DNA of 64,000 nt, taken from a bacterium. GTDB taxonomy: Bacteria > UBA8248. How positions within the stretch are numbered: the stretch's first letter is position 1; every line of letters starts with the position of its first letter. The notes below the pieces were generated by a model. It did no database searches, was not told where the DNA came from, and worked only from the letters and a program-made list of their open reading frames with translations. The position numbers were made by a program, and so were the translations under genes. The stretch is from the NCBI GenBank assembly GCA_965213685.1, contig CBDBZY010000064.1, positions 1,152,001-1,216,000 on the forward strand. The letters run 5' to 3'. This document shows positions 1 through 12,369 of this stretch, piece by piece.

Positions 1-430
1 AATGGCCAGAGCAAACCCCAGAGGACCAATGGGGTCCCCTTGCTGAACCCCACAACCGCTGAGGATGACTTCATCATCGAGGTGAAGGATAGGTTGAGAG
101 CTATAGCAGCTCTCCAACCAAGTAGCCATGGAAGGAATTCAAGCCCTCACTTCCTGAAACATAGCCCCACGCTCCACCATATTGAAGGCATTGGAGAAGT
201 CCACAAGGAGGATGAATCGGTTCTCATGTAGAATGCTAGAATCATCCAACACATTTGCCACTGCATGAACCATGGCCTCACATCCAGCCGGTACTTTGAC
301 ACCCATTTGCAGAGGGGGTAGCATCCTGAAGGCTTCAGACTGGACTGCTCTTACGACACATTTAGAGGTCAACTGACATAACACCTCGCCAACTGCAGTA
401 GGGCATAACCCGCCACCCTTCTTCTTACAG
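1..430 (-). mobile_element. Non-LTR retrotransposon reverse transcriptase fragment, CRE-like clade (pseudogene; continues beyond the window start)
   Basis: Minus-strand translation ...AVGEVLCQLTSKC...LQMGVKVPAGCEAMVHA...LLVDFSNAFN..., then after a stop ...GVQQGDPIGPLGFALAI. These are RT motifs (DFSNAFN, GVQQGDP) typical of CRE/RLE-type LINEs. Confidence 0.8.
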
Positions 431-1433
431 GGAAAAATGTTTTACACGTACATACTTGTTTGTGTACTTTTGTAGTGCAGTAAAGGAGAATGTTGTTCTT
501 GCAAGTTTCTTTCAGAGTCCAGCAAACGAATCATTGATCATAGAAGCTACTGCTACCCGTCAGCAACAAAGATATGGGGGGTAGGGAGTGGCTTGAACAC
601 CGTCTCTTGAAGTTGGGGGGCTTTTTATACTTACTTGTGTGCTTTTTGTGCTGTACAATAGGACAGTGAAGGAGAATGTTGTTCTTGCAAGCTTCTTTCA
701 GATTCCAGCAAACAAATCAATGATCATAGCAGCCATCACTACCTGTCAGAGACAGAGGTGCAGGGTGGGGAGGGGCATTAGCACCAGCACTTATGAAGTT
801 GGACAGCTGAGCCTCTCCAAAACTTTCAGAACTAAAGTAGCTACCTCACTGTGTCTGACTGGCTAACTCATACCAGTAACATTCAAGTTTGTAGTACAGT
901 GAAGTAAGATGCTGTTCAAACGTGCTCCGTTCAGACACAAATAAGCGACTACGGTAGCCCTTGCCATGTCTAGCAATTAATAGGTGTGGCTTAACGAGGC
1001 CAGCTATCACATGCTTAATATGTGTGCCACATGACAATTATTAGAAAATGGCTTCCAAATATGGGAAGGTGGCCATGGCCTCTACTTTAACTTACCACTC
1101 ATTTGGGAAGGTACTAAGATTCTGTTAGCTTAGGATCATACTTGGTAGTGGATCTGTGAAAGAACTACAGTGATTACTCTAGCCACTTTTGAGAAAAGTT
1201 ATTTGAAAAATATCCCTGAAGAAGAAGATGAAGAACGTTTATCCCTTTTCTGGCAGTGAGTCAAGGGATGCATTTTGGCTATATCACTGTGTAGAGAAAC
1301 AGGATAGCTACGTACATGTAAGTGCCCAGAAAGGCGTAAAATATGAACATTTGCAAGTTAAGAAGGCCTTCCAATGTACGCATACTATGGGCATGTTGGT
1401 ACCATCTCTACATAGAGAGTCTACCGACTCTCT
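430..1433. repeat. Arm of a large palindromic (foldback-like) dispersed repeat family, with an internal ~200-bp tandem duplication
   Basis: GAGAATGTTGTTCTTGCAAG block occurs twice (~486 and ~672). The arm ends in CATAGAGAGTCTACCGACTCTCT, the reverse complement of the ends at 2026, 3137, ~27482 and ~63807. Confidence 0.6.
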
Positions 1434-2877
1434 TTATACATACTTTGTGCCAGCAATGGTGTTAATACAGTGATTACAATGATGTTAATACAGTGATTAT
1501 ATATGTACGTATATATGACATGATGCACTTTTCCTCATTGTTTGACTCCTATACACTTTGAAACTGGCCAAGTTGTGAATCACATCATAATGTACGGTAC
1601 ATTTTTGCAGAGGGAAGTATGCATGACTGCCATGAATGTCTGCTCCTGCCTTATTCTGCTCAGGCAATACAAGTGGCTGCCCACCTAACAGCACTGAAGT
1701 ACTCATGGATAATGCAGGTCTGTGTTGTTAAGATACATATGTGAACCATGTCACTGTAGCTGATTAACATACATGTATGTGTTATATCAATTTTGAGCAC
1801 CGTCCAAAGTGTAGCCTCTTTCCCAGGTTCTCCTCCCTTGCACACACAATTAGAGTCTATGTGATTGTATGGACACAATTAGAGTCTGTTTGATTGTGTG
1901 GTCAAGAACCATGTGCATCTGGAATTGGGGGAGAGTCTTGAGTGTCACTTTTATCAGTAGTACACACATTGTTCATATATACGTATGTGCCAGCAGTGAA
2001 AAGATGTGGTACAAGCCGCAGTTATCAGAGAGTCGGTAAACTTTCTATGTAGGGATGATGCCGACACTTTCATATTGTCTGTACATACAAACCTTCTAAG
2101 TGGCCAAGCTTTAAGCCTTCATGGCCACCAAACCTTTGGTTTTAAGTGCTTATCTAACCAACAATAGCCTCCATGTAGCAAACACCACCCACTAAGCCAA
2201 CTGATAAACAATTGCCTAACAGTCCATTTGTTTGTTTTTTCCTTATTTTTTTGGCAGCCTACATCAAAACTGGCTAAAGTTATCAACTTCACTGTTTGTA
2301 CAAATCCCCACATCTGTATATGCAGTGCAATATTTTTTGTAGTTTTGCAATAAAACTGGCAACTTCAGCATTGCAGGAGTGTTGGACACAGTGTCCAGGC
2401 AGGGTAGCATGGAACAAAGAAACCCCCATTCCTACAGCTTTTATTAAAGGTAGCCTTCACAACCCCACCACGTATATACATTGACCATTGTCAGTGCTAA
2501 GCATTTGTAGGCTGCCTCTCAAGAGCTAAAGTATGTTCAGTATGCATGGCATCCTGTCACAAACAGTGTATTTGGTCATGTGTCTCGTATGGATACTCAT
2601 ATGTGTACATGTAGTGACCAGCTAAGCACTGTATATGTACATGTACGTAGTGTACATATACATATACATGTACTTACATGTATACTGTCGAGGCCTCCTA
2701 CACTGCTTTGTTGTACTTGTTATTCACTGAGTTGTTTCTCACTTGTTACACAAAGCAAGAAGTGTACCACATGAGAACAGCTCTTAAGCAAAGTATGATG
2801 CAACTATTGGTGCCTTATTGACATTATATACACATTTTCTTCATAATTATGAATGTATAACTTTAAATCTCTTGTAG

Positions 2878-3071
2878 AGAGGAAGAATAATCCAGGTCCT
2901 CCACCTCCACCACCTCCTAATGCCAGTGGTCAAGCAAGCAGGCCGAAGTCTAAGCAGCCACTTCCAAACCCAAAGCTAGTGAAGGTCAAAACACTTCCAA
3001 AGAAGTCTAGCCCAGGCAGTGTTAGCCCACAGACCCCACCTGCACCTTTGCCAAAGCCCTTTAAGAAGTCG
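2878..3071 (+). CDS. Host gene exon A (proline-rich segment) of a CABIT-domain adaptor-like protein
   Basis: Acceptor cttgtag|, donor |gtcagt; RKNNPGPPPPPPPNASG...PPAPLPKPFKKS. Ends in phase 0, compatible with exon B. Confidence 0.7.
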
Positions 3072-3306
3072 GTCAGTATTTGTCACTTATGCTGTATCTT
3101 GACCATGTTCTTGTACTGTATTGTGCTGCAGTTTGTCAGAGAGTCAGTAGACTCTGTATGTAAGAAAGGTTGCAACATGCCCACACTGTACATACATACA
3201 AAAGCCTTCTAAAGTCGCAAATGTTCACCCCTTCTAAGCCTTTCTGATAACCTACATAGCTATCCGATGTTCCTCAACACAATAAATGCATTGCTAGACT
3301 TACTAA

Positions 3307-5510
3307 TTACTTGATGTTAGACTCATGAAATATGCTTATTCAGCATGTCTGTATAGTCGATATACATATGTGCCTATCAATCTTTCTCTCTCTGGTCTCC
3401 ACTGGTCTCCCCCAGTCTCCCCGGTCTCTATTAGTCTCCCCCAGACTTTCTGGTCTCTACTACTAGTCTCCTCCAGTCTCTCTGGTCTCCACTAGTCTCG
3501 CCCAGTCTCTCTGGTCTCTACTAGTCTCTCTGATCTCTAACTAGTCTCCTCCAGTCTCTCTGGTCTCTACTAGTCTCCCCCAGTCTCTCTGGTCTCCACT
3601 AGTCTCGCCCAGTCTCTCTGGTCTCTACTAGTCTCTCTGATCTCTAACTAGTCTCCCCCAGTTTCTCTGGTCTCTACTAGTCTCATCCAGTTTCTCTGGT
3701 CTCTACTAGTCTCCCCCAGTCTCTCTGGTCTCCACTAGTCTCACCCTGTCTCTCTGGTCTCTACTAGTCTCTCTGATCTCTAACTAGTCTCCCCCAGTCT
3801 CTCTGGTCTCTACTAGTCTCTCTGATCTCTAACTAGCCTCCCCCAGTCTCTCTGGTCTCTACTAGTCTCTCCCAGTCTCTCTGGTCTCCACTAGTCTCGC
3901 CCAGTCTCTCTGGTCTCTACTAGTCTCTCTGATCTCTAACTAGTCTCCCCCAGTCTCTCTGGTCTCTACTAGTCTCCCCCAATCTCTCTGGTCTCCACTA
4001 GCCTCGCTCAGTCTCTCTGGTCTCTACTAGTCTCTCTGATCTCTAACTAGTCTCCCCGAGTCTCTCTGGTCTCTACTAGTCTCCCCCAGTCTCTCTGGTC
4101 TCTACTAGTCTCGCCCAGTCTCTCTGGTCTCTACTAGTCTCTCCGAGTCTCTCTGGTCTCTACTAGTCTCGCCCAGTCTCTCTGGTCTCTACTAGTCTCT
4201 CTGATCTCTAACTAGTTTCCCCCAGTCTCTCTGGTCTCCGCTAGTCTCGCCCAGTCTCTCTGGTCTCTACTAGTCTCTCTGATCTCTAACTAGTCTCCCC
4301 CAATCTCTCTGGTCTCTACTAGTCTCCTCCAGTCTCTCTGGTCTCCACTAGTCTCGCCCAGTCTCTCTGGTCTCTACTAGTCTCTCTGATCTCTAACTAG
4401 TCTCCCCAAGTCTCTCTGGTCTCTACTAGTCTCCCCCAGTCTCTCTGGTCTCTACTAGTCTCTCTGATCTCTAACTAGCCTCCCCCAGTCTCTCTGGTCT
4501 CTACTAGTCTTCGCCAGTCTCTCTGGTCTCCACTAGTCTCGCCCAGTCTCTCTGGTCTCTACTAGTCTCCCCCAGTCTCTCTGGTATGTACTAATCTCGC
4601 CCAGTCTCTCTGGTCTCTACTAGTCTCTCTGATCTCTAACTAGTCTCCCCCAGTCTCTCTGGTCTCTACTAGTCTCGTCCAGTTTCTCTGGTCTCCCCCA
4701 GTCTCTGTGGTCTCTACTGGTCTCCCCCTGTCTCTGCGGTCTCTACTGGTCTCCTCCTGTCTCTCTGGTCTCTATATACTAGTCTCAGTCTCCCCCAGTC
4801 TCTCTGGTCTCTACTAGTCTCCCCCAGTATCTCCTAGTCTCCCCCAGTCTCTGCGGTCTCCCTCAGTCTCTCTGGTCTCTACTGGTCTCCCCCAGTCTCT
4901 CCGGTCTCTGCCGTCTCCCTCAGTCTCTTCAGTATCTATTGGTCTATCCTAGTCTCCTCCAGTCTCTCTGATCTATGAGACCGGGGGAGACCAGTAGAGA
5001 CCAAAGAGACCAGTAGAGATCAAAGAGACCAGTAGAGACCAGAGAGATGGGGGGAAACCGGAGAGATCAGTGGAGACTAGAGAGACTGGGGGAGACCGGA
5101 GAGATCAGTGGAGACTAGAGAGACTGGGGGAGAGTAGTAGAGACCAAAGAGACCAGTAGAGACCAGAGAGACTGGGGAGACCACTAGAGACTAGAGAAAC
5201 TAGTAGATACCAGAGAGACTGGGGGAGACTAATAGAGACCAGAGAGACTGGGAGAGACTAGTAGAGACCAGAGACTGGGTGAGACCAGTAGAGACCAAAG
5301 AAACTGGGGGAGACTAGTAGAGACCAGTGGAGACCAAAGAGGCCAGTAGAGACCAGAGAGACTGAGGGAGACTAGTAGAGACCAGAGAGACTGGGGGAGA
5401 CCAGAAGAGACTGGGGGCAACCAGTAGAGACCAGAGAGATTGATGGGCATACATGTATAACTACACAGACATGCTGAATAAGCATATTTCGTGAGTCTAA
5501 CACCAAGTAA
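3307..5510. mobile_element. Foldback-type element: ~80-90-bp unique TIRs enclosing oppositely oriented minisatellite arrays
   Basis: TTACTTGATGTTAGACTCATGAAATATGCTTATTCAGCATGTCTGT at 3307 and its reverse complement ending at 5510. The ~29-bp CTCTGGTCTCTACTAGTCTCCCCCAGTCT array (~3390-4975) flips to its complement (~4976-5440). Confidence 0.85.
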
Positions 5511-5749
5511 CAACCCAGAAAATGGTCAAACCATCAATCTGTACTTAAGAGAGTTCTTTAAAATAACTTTTCCTGAAACTGGCTGAGGCAAACAGCACAG
5601 TTTTTACACAGATCCATCACATCCATGTAATATTTACCAAATGTGACCCTAGGTAAATGGAATCTTTGTACTCTTCCAAATCTGGTGAGCAGAAACTAGA
5701 AGCTCTATATGTTTCCCCACACTTAAATTTCATTTTCCAATATTGTCAT

Positions 5750-6070
5750 GTGGCACAGTGGGCTATTCAGCAGCGTGTCATTTGTATGCAACTCTTAGCC
5801 AAGAGTCTTACTGGGGAGGAGATTGCAAGGGAGTTACTATTTGTACTGCAGGCTCAGTATGGAATAGCTACTGGCTCACTAGTTGCTACTATGTGAGATA
5901 GAGCTTCAGTAAACAATCTTGCTATGTCAATTCTCTGTGTGATGTACCCTCATGTGCTAGATGTGGAGTGTTTTAGTCGTACGATTGATAATGCTGGCCA
6001 TAACTTTGCTACACCTGTCCTAGATGAGTTTGTATCCTCTTGGGTTTCATTGTTCTCACATAGCCCAAAG
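5750..6070 (+). mobile_element. hAT-type transposase fragment (same family as 60257-61780)
   Basis: QWAIQQRVICMQLLAKSLTGEEIARELL...M*DRASVNN...CFSRTID...PVLDEFVSSWVSLFSHSPK, with an in-frame stop. The last segment resembles PFLSQFIHSWTTLFACCPK near 61200. Confidence 0.65.
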
Positions 6071-7078
6071 CATGTACTAGTGTTGCTGTGCAAGCATTGC
6101 AGGGAAGACTACACAACAAGTACCCCATCCCTACATCTTTTTTATACATGACACCCTTTAGCAGGCTATGTTACATGTATGAGATTACTGGGGAAAGCGT
6201 TGTGCAGTAAAAATTTAGGGATGGGGTTACTTGCGTAGTCTTTGTATAACCTGTCTGCCATGCCTGCACACTGCCATCCCTACACCTAGTTTTTGTGGTT
6301 TTGGCACTGCCATCCCTCTACATTTATGGATGATCTTTTCTGCAAGTTTTTTGTATAATATATATGTACATGTACATGTAGTTCACTAAAGAGGATGTCG
6401 TTCTTGTGAGCTTTTTTCAGGGTTTAGGATACAAATCAGGGATTACAACAGCCTTTCCTATATATATGTCAGGGATGGAAACATGGAGGACAGGGAGGGT
6501 CTTAAGCACTCTCACTGTTTAAGTTGGGGGGCTGAGCCCCCCAAAGATTTTTAAGCTAGAGTAACTACCTCACTGTATATGATTGCACCTGGACGTCTAT
6601 TTCACACTGTAGACGTGGCACTTAAACAGGGCAGGCATTATATATGATCGTAAGGCTGTGTGTATTGTGAACTAATACTTGTCCATCTACGCTGTGTGGC
6701 TCAAGAGCCTTATGCTCTGTCTTCTCAGTAGTCCCTAGGCTTTCAACCTGGAGAACATGTCAAACAGGTTCTTCTGTGCCATCAAAATACGTGAAGTCTT
6801 ACTAGTATACATGTTTATATATATGTAGTACCACGTGATGTACTTATGCAGAAGCATGCCATGTCCCTCAGCTGGCACTCAACCCAGCATTTAAGGTGGC
6901 GGGTACACCATGCAAGCACAACAGTGGTCATTGACTGTCCAAAGTGTACAGCTAGCAGAAATCCGCTAACAGGCTTGACACAATCAGTAACAAAATTGGC
7001 CCATGTACATGTATCTATATTGGGTAGTATTTCCATATGAATGAATTCCTTTTAAACACTGCAACATAATATGTGCAG

Positions 7079-7279
7079 GTGAGTTCTGACAGCTTGAACA
7101 CAAAGAAAGATGGTGGATATGTGGTTACAGAGAATCTACCATTTTCGGAAGTGGTTAAAAACTACAAGGACCAATTTCCACTCCGAGTTAGAGTAAGCAG
7201 AGGTCACTATGGCCCATCAGAACTGACCACTGTTTCTGAAGGAGACACATACACTCTCCATTTTGTGAAGCATGCCAAG
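7079..7279 (+). CDS. Host gene exon B (start of CABIT-like domain)
   Basis: gtgcag| ... |gtgagt; 201 bp, phase 0/0; ENLPFSEVVKNYKDQFPLRVRVSRGHYG...EGDTYTLHFVKHAK matches the CABIT N-terminal pattern (l.e.v....FP..v.V..G.y). Confidence 0.85.
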
Positions 7280-8483
7280 GTGAGTTATGTGTTCTTGTAG
7301 GTATATACACATGAGTATTTCATGCCAGCTCTTAATGAACATATTCATCCATGTCAGCTGCATTGAACCTTGTACAATTAGGTTGCACCTTCATACGTAC
7401 ATACATACACCACACCTATGGTATTAGTGGTATATTGGGATTGGTTCAGCATCAAACCTGAAGATTTTCACTTTCACTGTGCATTTTTTCACATCTGAAG
7501 ATATTAAGGTAATGAATAGCCCAAAAGGAAACTCTTATTAAAAACCAATATATTGTACACAGTGTGAGATATTAGCCAAATGCAATATTGTAATTATTCT
7601 TCTTATTCAAAATGAATCAATAACCATAATGCCAACGATCATGAAACTGTACATGCTGGTAATAAGTGGAAACAAATCATAGCAGTATGTACGTATTTGG
7701 GATATGCTCTTTCTTTGTCTACCATTTCACTTCTTACAATACTAATGAATATCTGCATTTTTCAGTGTTCTGTACATTGCGATGCTGAATGTGCTGTAAT
7801 TGACATGATATAGTTGAAGAATCTGTGATAACTGACTAACTTGAATAGTCAATAGTGATAGAACGCTGGCATACAAGGTTACAAGTGAGCTTATACAGGG
7901 TCCTAGACTATATGATATAACACTCTGGAAATGTGCAGTGAGGATAAATGCAGGATATGATCTAAGTGATAGCATACATACGTATGTGGGTGAGCCCAAA
8001 GAGAAGTCTACAGACATACAGGTGACAAGTTGCACTATGCAGGAAGTAGGACCTAGTATGAACAAATATTGTAACTACTAGCAGTCAGTATGTCTCTACA
8101 TCTGAACAATTACTACAGAATCTACATGGAAATAGTAGTAGTGAGAGAGTTGTGCTTAGAATGGGCTTAAAAATGTTAACCCTTTCACTGCTTGTATTGT
8201 TACATTGTAATAGCTCTTAATGATCCCTAATGTCAACTGTAGGGCCACCTACTCACAGATTTTAATTGACCAATCCCCCACTCTGTGAACGTAGCTGTTT
8301 TGTTGGTCAGTATCAGCTGCATATTGGTAGCTGGAAGCACAACCCCCCTCACACCAACAAGCAGTTAGAGACAGACAGGTAGCATCATATACTGTGTACA
8401 ATTATGAATCTCATTAACACACCGCGTAACTGCTTACCAACATACAGCACAATGGTTAAGCTTAGCTTCTGGTTTGCATAGAT

Positions 8484-8536
8484 GGGCTAGGGGTAGGGCA
8501 GGGCTAGAGCTAGGGCTAGGGCTAGGGCTAGGGCTA
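8484..8536 (+). repeat. (GGGCTA)n variant telomere-like repeat, G-quadruplex-capable
   Basis: Four GGG tracts spaced by CTA at 8513-8533, preceded by degenerate units. Confidence 0.7.
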
Positions 8537-9022
8537 ACCATGTTTCAAAAGTATACGATGCTAATGGTCTGTCTCAATGGCTTGTCTCACACCACCCTTC
8601 AGGCTTACTGTAGGGAAAACATGGTAGCCCAAAGTGCTGTGTCTACAGTGCTATCAACAGGCTTACACTGCTTCCATGTAACAAGCTGGCTGCTCTACCA
8701 GCTGGGCAGGTGTTACACTTTGGTGCGCATGCACAGAGGAGTATACCATGTTGCACCAACACACTATCATAAATCTTACGTTTTCTGTGGTTTGAGGATG
8801 CTGATTGCTCTGGTGGTGATAGTGTTGGTGGTGGTGGTGGTAGTGGTGCAGTACATTGGGAAGGTGGGGAAGGTGGTGGGGAAACCCAGCTCTCAAGTTT
8901 GTCTGGAAAAAGCCTCTCAAGTTTGTCTGGAAAAAGTCTGTAATACCTCTGAAGTACAATTGTTTAGCTATTAGTTAGAGTACATGTACATGTACATGTA
9001 TGTACATAACAGGAGGTTAAGG

Positions 9023-9841
9023 CATAGATTCTATAAACCACGTAACTGGGATTGGAAACTAGATAATTATTGTGTCACATGATCATTATGGCTCAGAGGT
9101 GGGAGGAGAGTATTCGCTTGGGAGTGAGAACGCAAGTAGTCAGCTGTCTGCACGTATAGTCCATACCTTCGTTACAATTTGGAGTGGGAATGTTCATTCT
9201 GACTAGGTGGAGCCACCGCAGCATTATAAATCCATTCACGTATGTAAGCCTGACACAATACGTGAGAATACATGTTACAGTCTCATCCTTCATATCCTAG
9301 CAAAAGATCTTTCTAGTTTAACCACTATAGTCTAATCCCACATAGCCATTATAAAGCTGCCCAGTTCTGTCTGGACAGAGCTCTCTGTCCTGGCGTTGTC
9401 ATGCAGCATGTACACAAAGCTAAGACCATCCTTACCCTGTTGTGGACACGAGGCACACCGGAGTCAAGTACTTTAGCCTAATCCCCCATACAATGGAAAG
9501 GAAAATATGCGCTGGTGGCCTTTTTAAGGCTATGTTGGCAATGTACCGCTCTACAAAGGTACACAAAGTGAATGGAAGAGAAGTGACAGCATATTGTGGG
9601 GAAGAGCATGCTTGCGGAATATGAACACAGCATAGGTTGCAGACTTGGCTAAACACTCTTCGCGAGTCTATACTGCTTGAAACTAACAAGTCCAACCGTA
9701 GAATATACGTCCTTCTCTAAGAAAGTTTGTTAGGCGCCTGTAAATGTCCATAACTATCATCACACACGGACGCTTATACGCGCATACTGCACATCACATG
9801 AGTAGTTTCCAATCCCAGTTACATAGTCTATAGTATCTATG
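9023..9841. mobile_element. Non-autonomous TIR element with CATAG..CTATG ends and a 7-bp TSD (P/Galileo-like)
   Basis: Left CATAGATTCTATAAACCACGTAACTGGGGATTGGAAACTA; right TAGTTTCCAATCCCAGTTACATAGTCTATAGTATCTATG. Flanks GTTAAGG / ATTAAGG match at 6 of 7. Confidence 0.75.
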
Positions 9842-10379
9842 ATTAAGGTACTTAATGGGCAATTATACACGCAAGCTATTCAAAGCATACTGTGCGCATG
9901 TGGATAGCTGCATCTACTAAAGGGGGAAGGGCTGGTTGCAAGTGTGTGCACACGTGTTAATTTACACGTACAGTTTTACTTACCTTCCTTGTTGACTAGT
10001 TCCACATCCCACCTCTTTCCCTTTGTGTGGAAAGGCCACCACACAATCACCTTGCTGCCACCAAGGTACATGTAGTCCATTAGACTGCAGGAGATCTTGT
10101 GGACTTGGCCGTGGTACATGGAGTCTGGGCAATCCCAGTGCACAAACACCAGGTCTGCTTTGTTGGACGCCATCAATAGCTTTACTTGCTACTGGTTTTT
10201 ATCAGGTGATGCACAAGCGAAGAGCTAAGTTTTATAGTCACTGACTCCATGAAAACCTACATGTTGCAATGTGCATAGGCAAATTGAATATTCATTTGCG
10301 ATACATGCGTAAATACGTGAACAATTCGTGATTCTAGTGTTACCTTTTTTGTGGCACATACTGTATTTCTGTCTCAAAA

Positions 10380-12100
10380 GTCCAATTACCTTTCAACATA
10401 AATTCGTACTTGGGAGAGTTGATGAGATGTATGTATCCACTTCAAGTTGAGATAATTGTTTTGAATGGTGGCTTGACTATTTTTGCACAGTAGAGGCCAA
10501 ATGACATTAAAGCCATGATCAGCTAGCACTTGTTTTCCAGGTTGAAGTTTATCTAAAATCTCACAATTTTCAGTAAGATACTTGTCTGAAACTCTACTCC
10601 TCCAACCCTTTGAAATACCCCTTGTGGGTTATTGTGTGTATTGTGGTGCTTATAAGTAGAATATGTTTCAGCTCTTACCTTCAAGCCACTTGGACGCTCA
10701 CAGAAAACTTAAAAACAGTCTATTATACCTACACATTTTCCTGAAGTTCTGTTGAAAAGCCCGTGGCATTGTTTTTATTAGTTGCTCTCAAGCTGGCCAT
10801 TTAATCAGAGGCTTTAAACAGAAATTAATCCACTTCCTCCAAGCTTTTGAGATTGTAGCCTGGCTGACTCCAAATCTGTATGCTATGTCCTGGTTAGAAA
10901 CATTGAGGCGGAGCTCCATTAAAGTCACAACAAAGTGCTCGAATTTTGGCAACAAACAGTGGTAAGTGAAGTGCTATAAAAATTATATATTAAAATGGTA
11001 AACGATGGGAGACCTGTATAAAATTTAACCTTGTCAGTTTCCAAAGTTCCAACACTGTTTGCTCCACTGATTCCATCGGTTTGCACTTTTCTTTCCTGAG
11101 GTGACAACACTCATCCTCCAGGCTAGTAATAGAATGCATGAATAAATCGAGAACCACAACTCCCTAGGCCACGAACAGCCCTTAGGCCTAGATGTTAAAC
11201 AGTCACCCAATGTGCAGGACGCATTTTGGCTAATATCAGGCCTCATCAGCTGCGCTGGGGTTACTGGGAGTGTGGCCATTACACGTCTTGCACATGCAAC
11301 ACAGATGGCTGTCCTTAGGTCTTCACAGTCACACAGCTTGGTAGCTAATAGTCGTGCTCATCATCTTCAGTTAAGCTTCCTCTTCAGAGTGACTAACCAT
11401 GTGCATGCGAAACGCTTGTACCAAGGAGCTATTATTGTACTGTAACAAACAATAGACAATGTAACAAACAAAAGATAACAAGGCACATGGTAGACTACAA
11501 ACTGACAACAGATGAACAATGTATGTTGTGTACAAGTACATATGTAGGTGTGATGTATGTAGGCTTGGTTGAGACAGACTAATAACACATGGAGAACAGA
11601 GCCAACATGTAGCATATTATGTGTGGGCAAATAAAACTTAATACGTAGATCAGTCTGTGTTTCCACTTCACATGTAGATGGTTCATCAGTTATAGTAGCA
11701 ACACAGCATAGCTCTAGACACACTTCACTGACACAACGCAACTGCAATAGTGACCTGTCAGCGGCTTGTTCCCTTTGAATTGCAGCCTCATGTTTCACGC
11801 GAGCATGTTTTCTACGCTCAAATGCAATTAAGTCGTTTTCTCGCTTTCTTTTAACTGAACTACACACATAGTTGAAGATACTAGGAAGATAGGCAGGTGA
11901 CAACGGATTGTCACTCTTCTAACTGCAAACAAAGTGGGCACTGCACAGCCAGGTATGCTCTGTTGGCACCCAATCCTTCCGATTAATAGCGGCAATCCAA
12001 CACTGACACCATTCGAGGTCAGTGAGAAAGTGGTAGAAACTGATTCCACAGCCCATGCTCCAATGGTTAGCAACCCAACAGCACAGCAGCTTTTCGCCAT
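10380..12100 (-). mobile_element. Decayed THAP + HTH + DDE_Tnp_4 (Harbinger/ISL2EU-type) transposase
   Basis: Across frames: MAKSCCAVG...WIAAINRKDWVPTEHTWLCSAHF...SPAYLPSIF (THAP); DKVKFYTGLPSF; LMELRLNVSNQDIAYRFGVSQATISK; CERPSGLKVRAETYSTYKHHNT. Many frameshifts. Confidence 0.85.
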
Positions 12101-12369
12101 ATTCGGTAGCACATATTCAGCACATCTTTTCGCCACTCAAAATGGTGCCCTAGCAACGCAGTTACGCGTTGCCATCTATAGCCAAACTGGTTTGTGGAAT
12201 AGTGTCTTCCACCTTTTCATGAGGTCAGTAGTGTGTGGAGAAACAGATACTGACACAGATTTAGACACAGGCATACACAGTATAGTAACATGTGGATAGA
12301 TCTACAGGTGTGTAGGTGTAGCTAGGTATGTAAGTACATATTGTATGAGGACTAGCTATATTCTTAGAG

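Noticed and set aside
2377-2449. Possible additional upstream host exon (ECWTQCPGRVAWNKETPIPTAFIK), phase-compatible with exon A
   Set aside because: Weak donor (gtagcc), weak polypyrimidine tract and no recognisable protein motif; it cannot be supported without RNA data.
3390-5440. Regular ~29-bp repeats as a possible CRISPR array or coding repeat
   Set aside because: No unique spacers, no cas genes and a eukaryotic context; frequent TAG/TAA stops. It is a minisatellite within an inverted-repeat element.
7780-8060. Possible degenerate fibronectin type III-like exon
   Set aside because: Stops in the relevant frames and only vague similarity.
8474-8974. 166-aa ORF with an apparent transmembrane segment
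   Set aside because: The features derive from GGGCTA and GTG simple repeats and a short tandem duplication; no splice or homology support.
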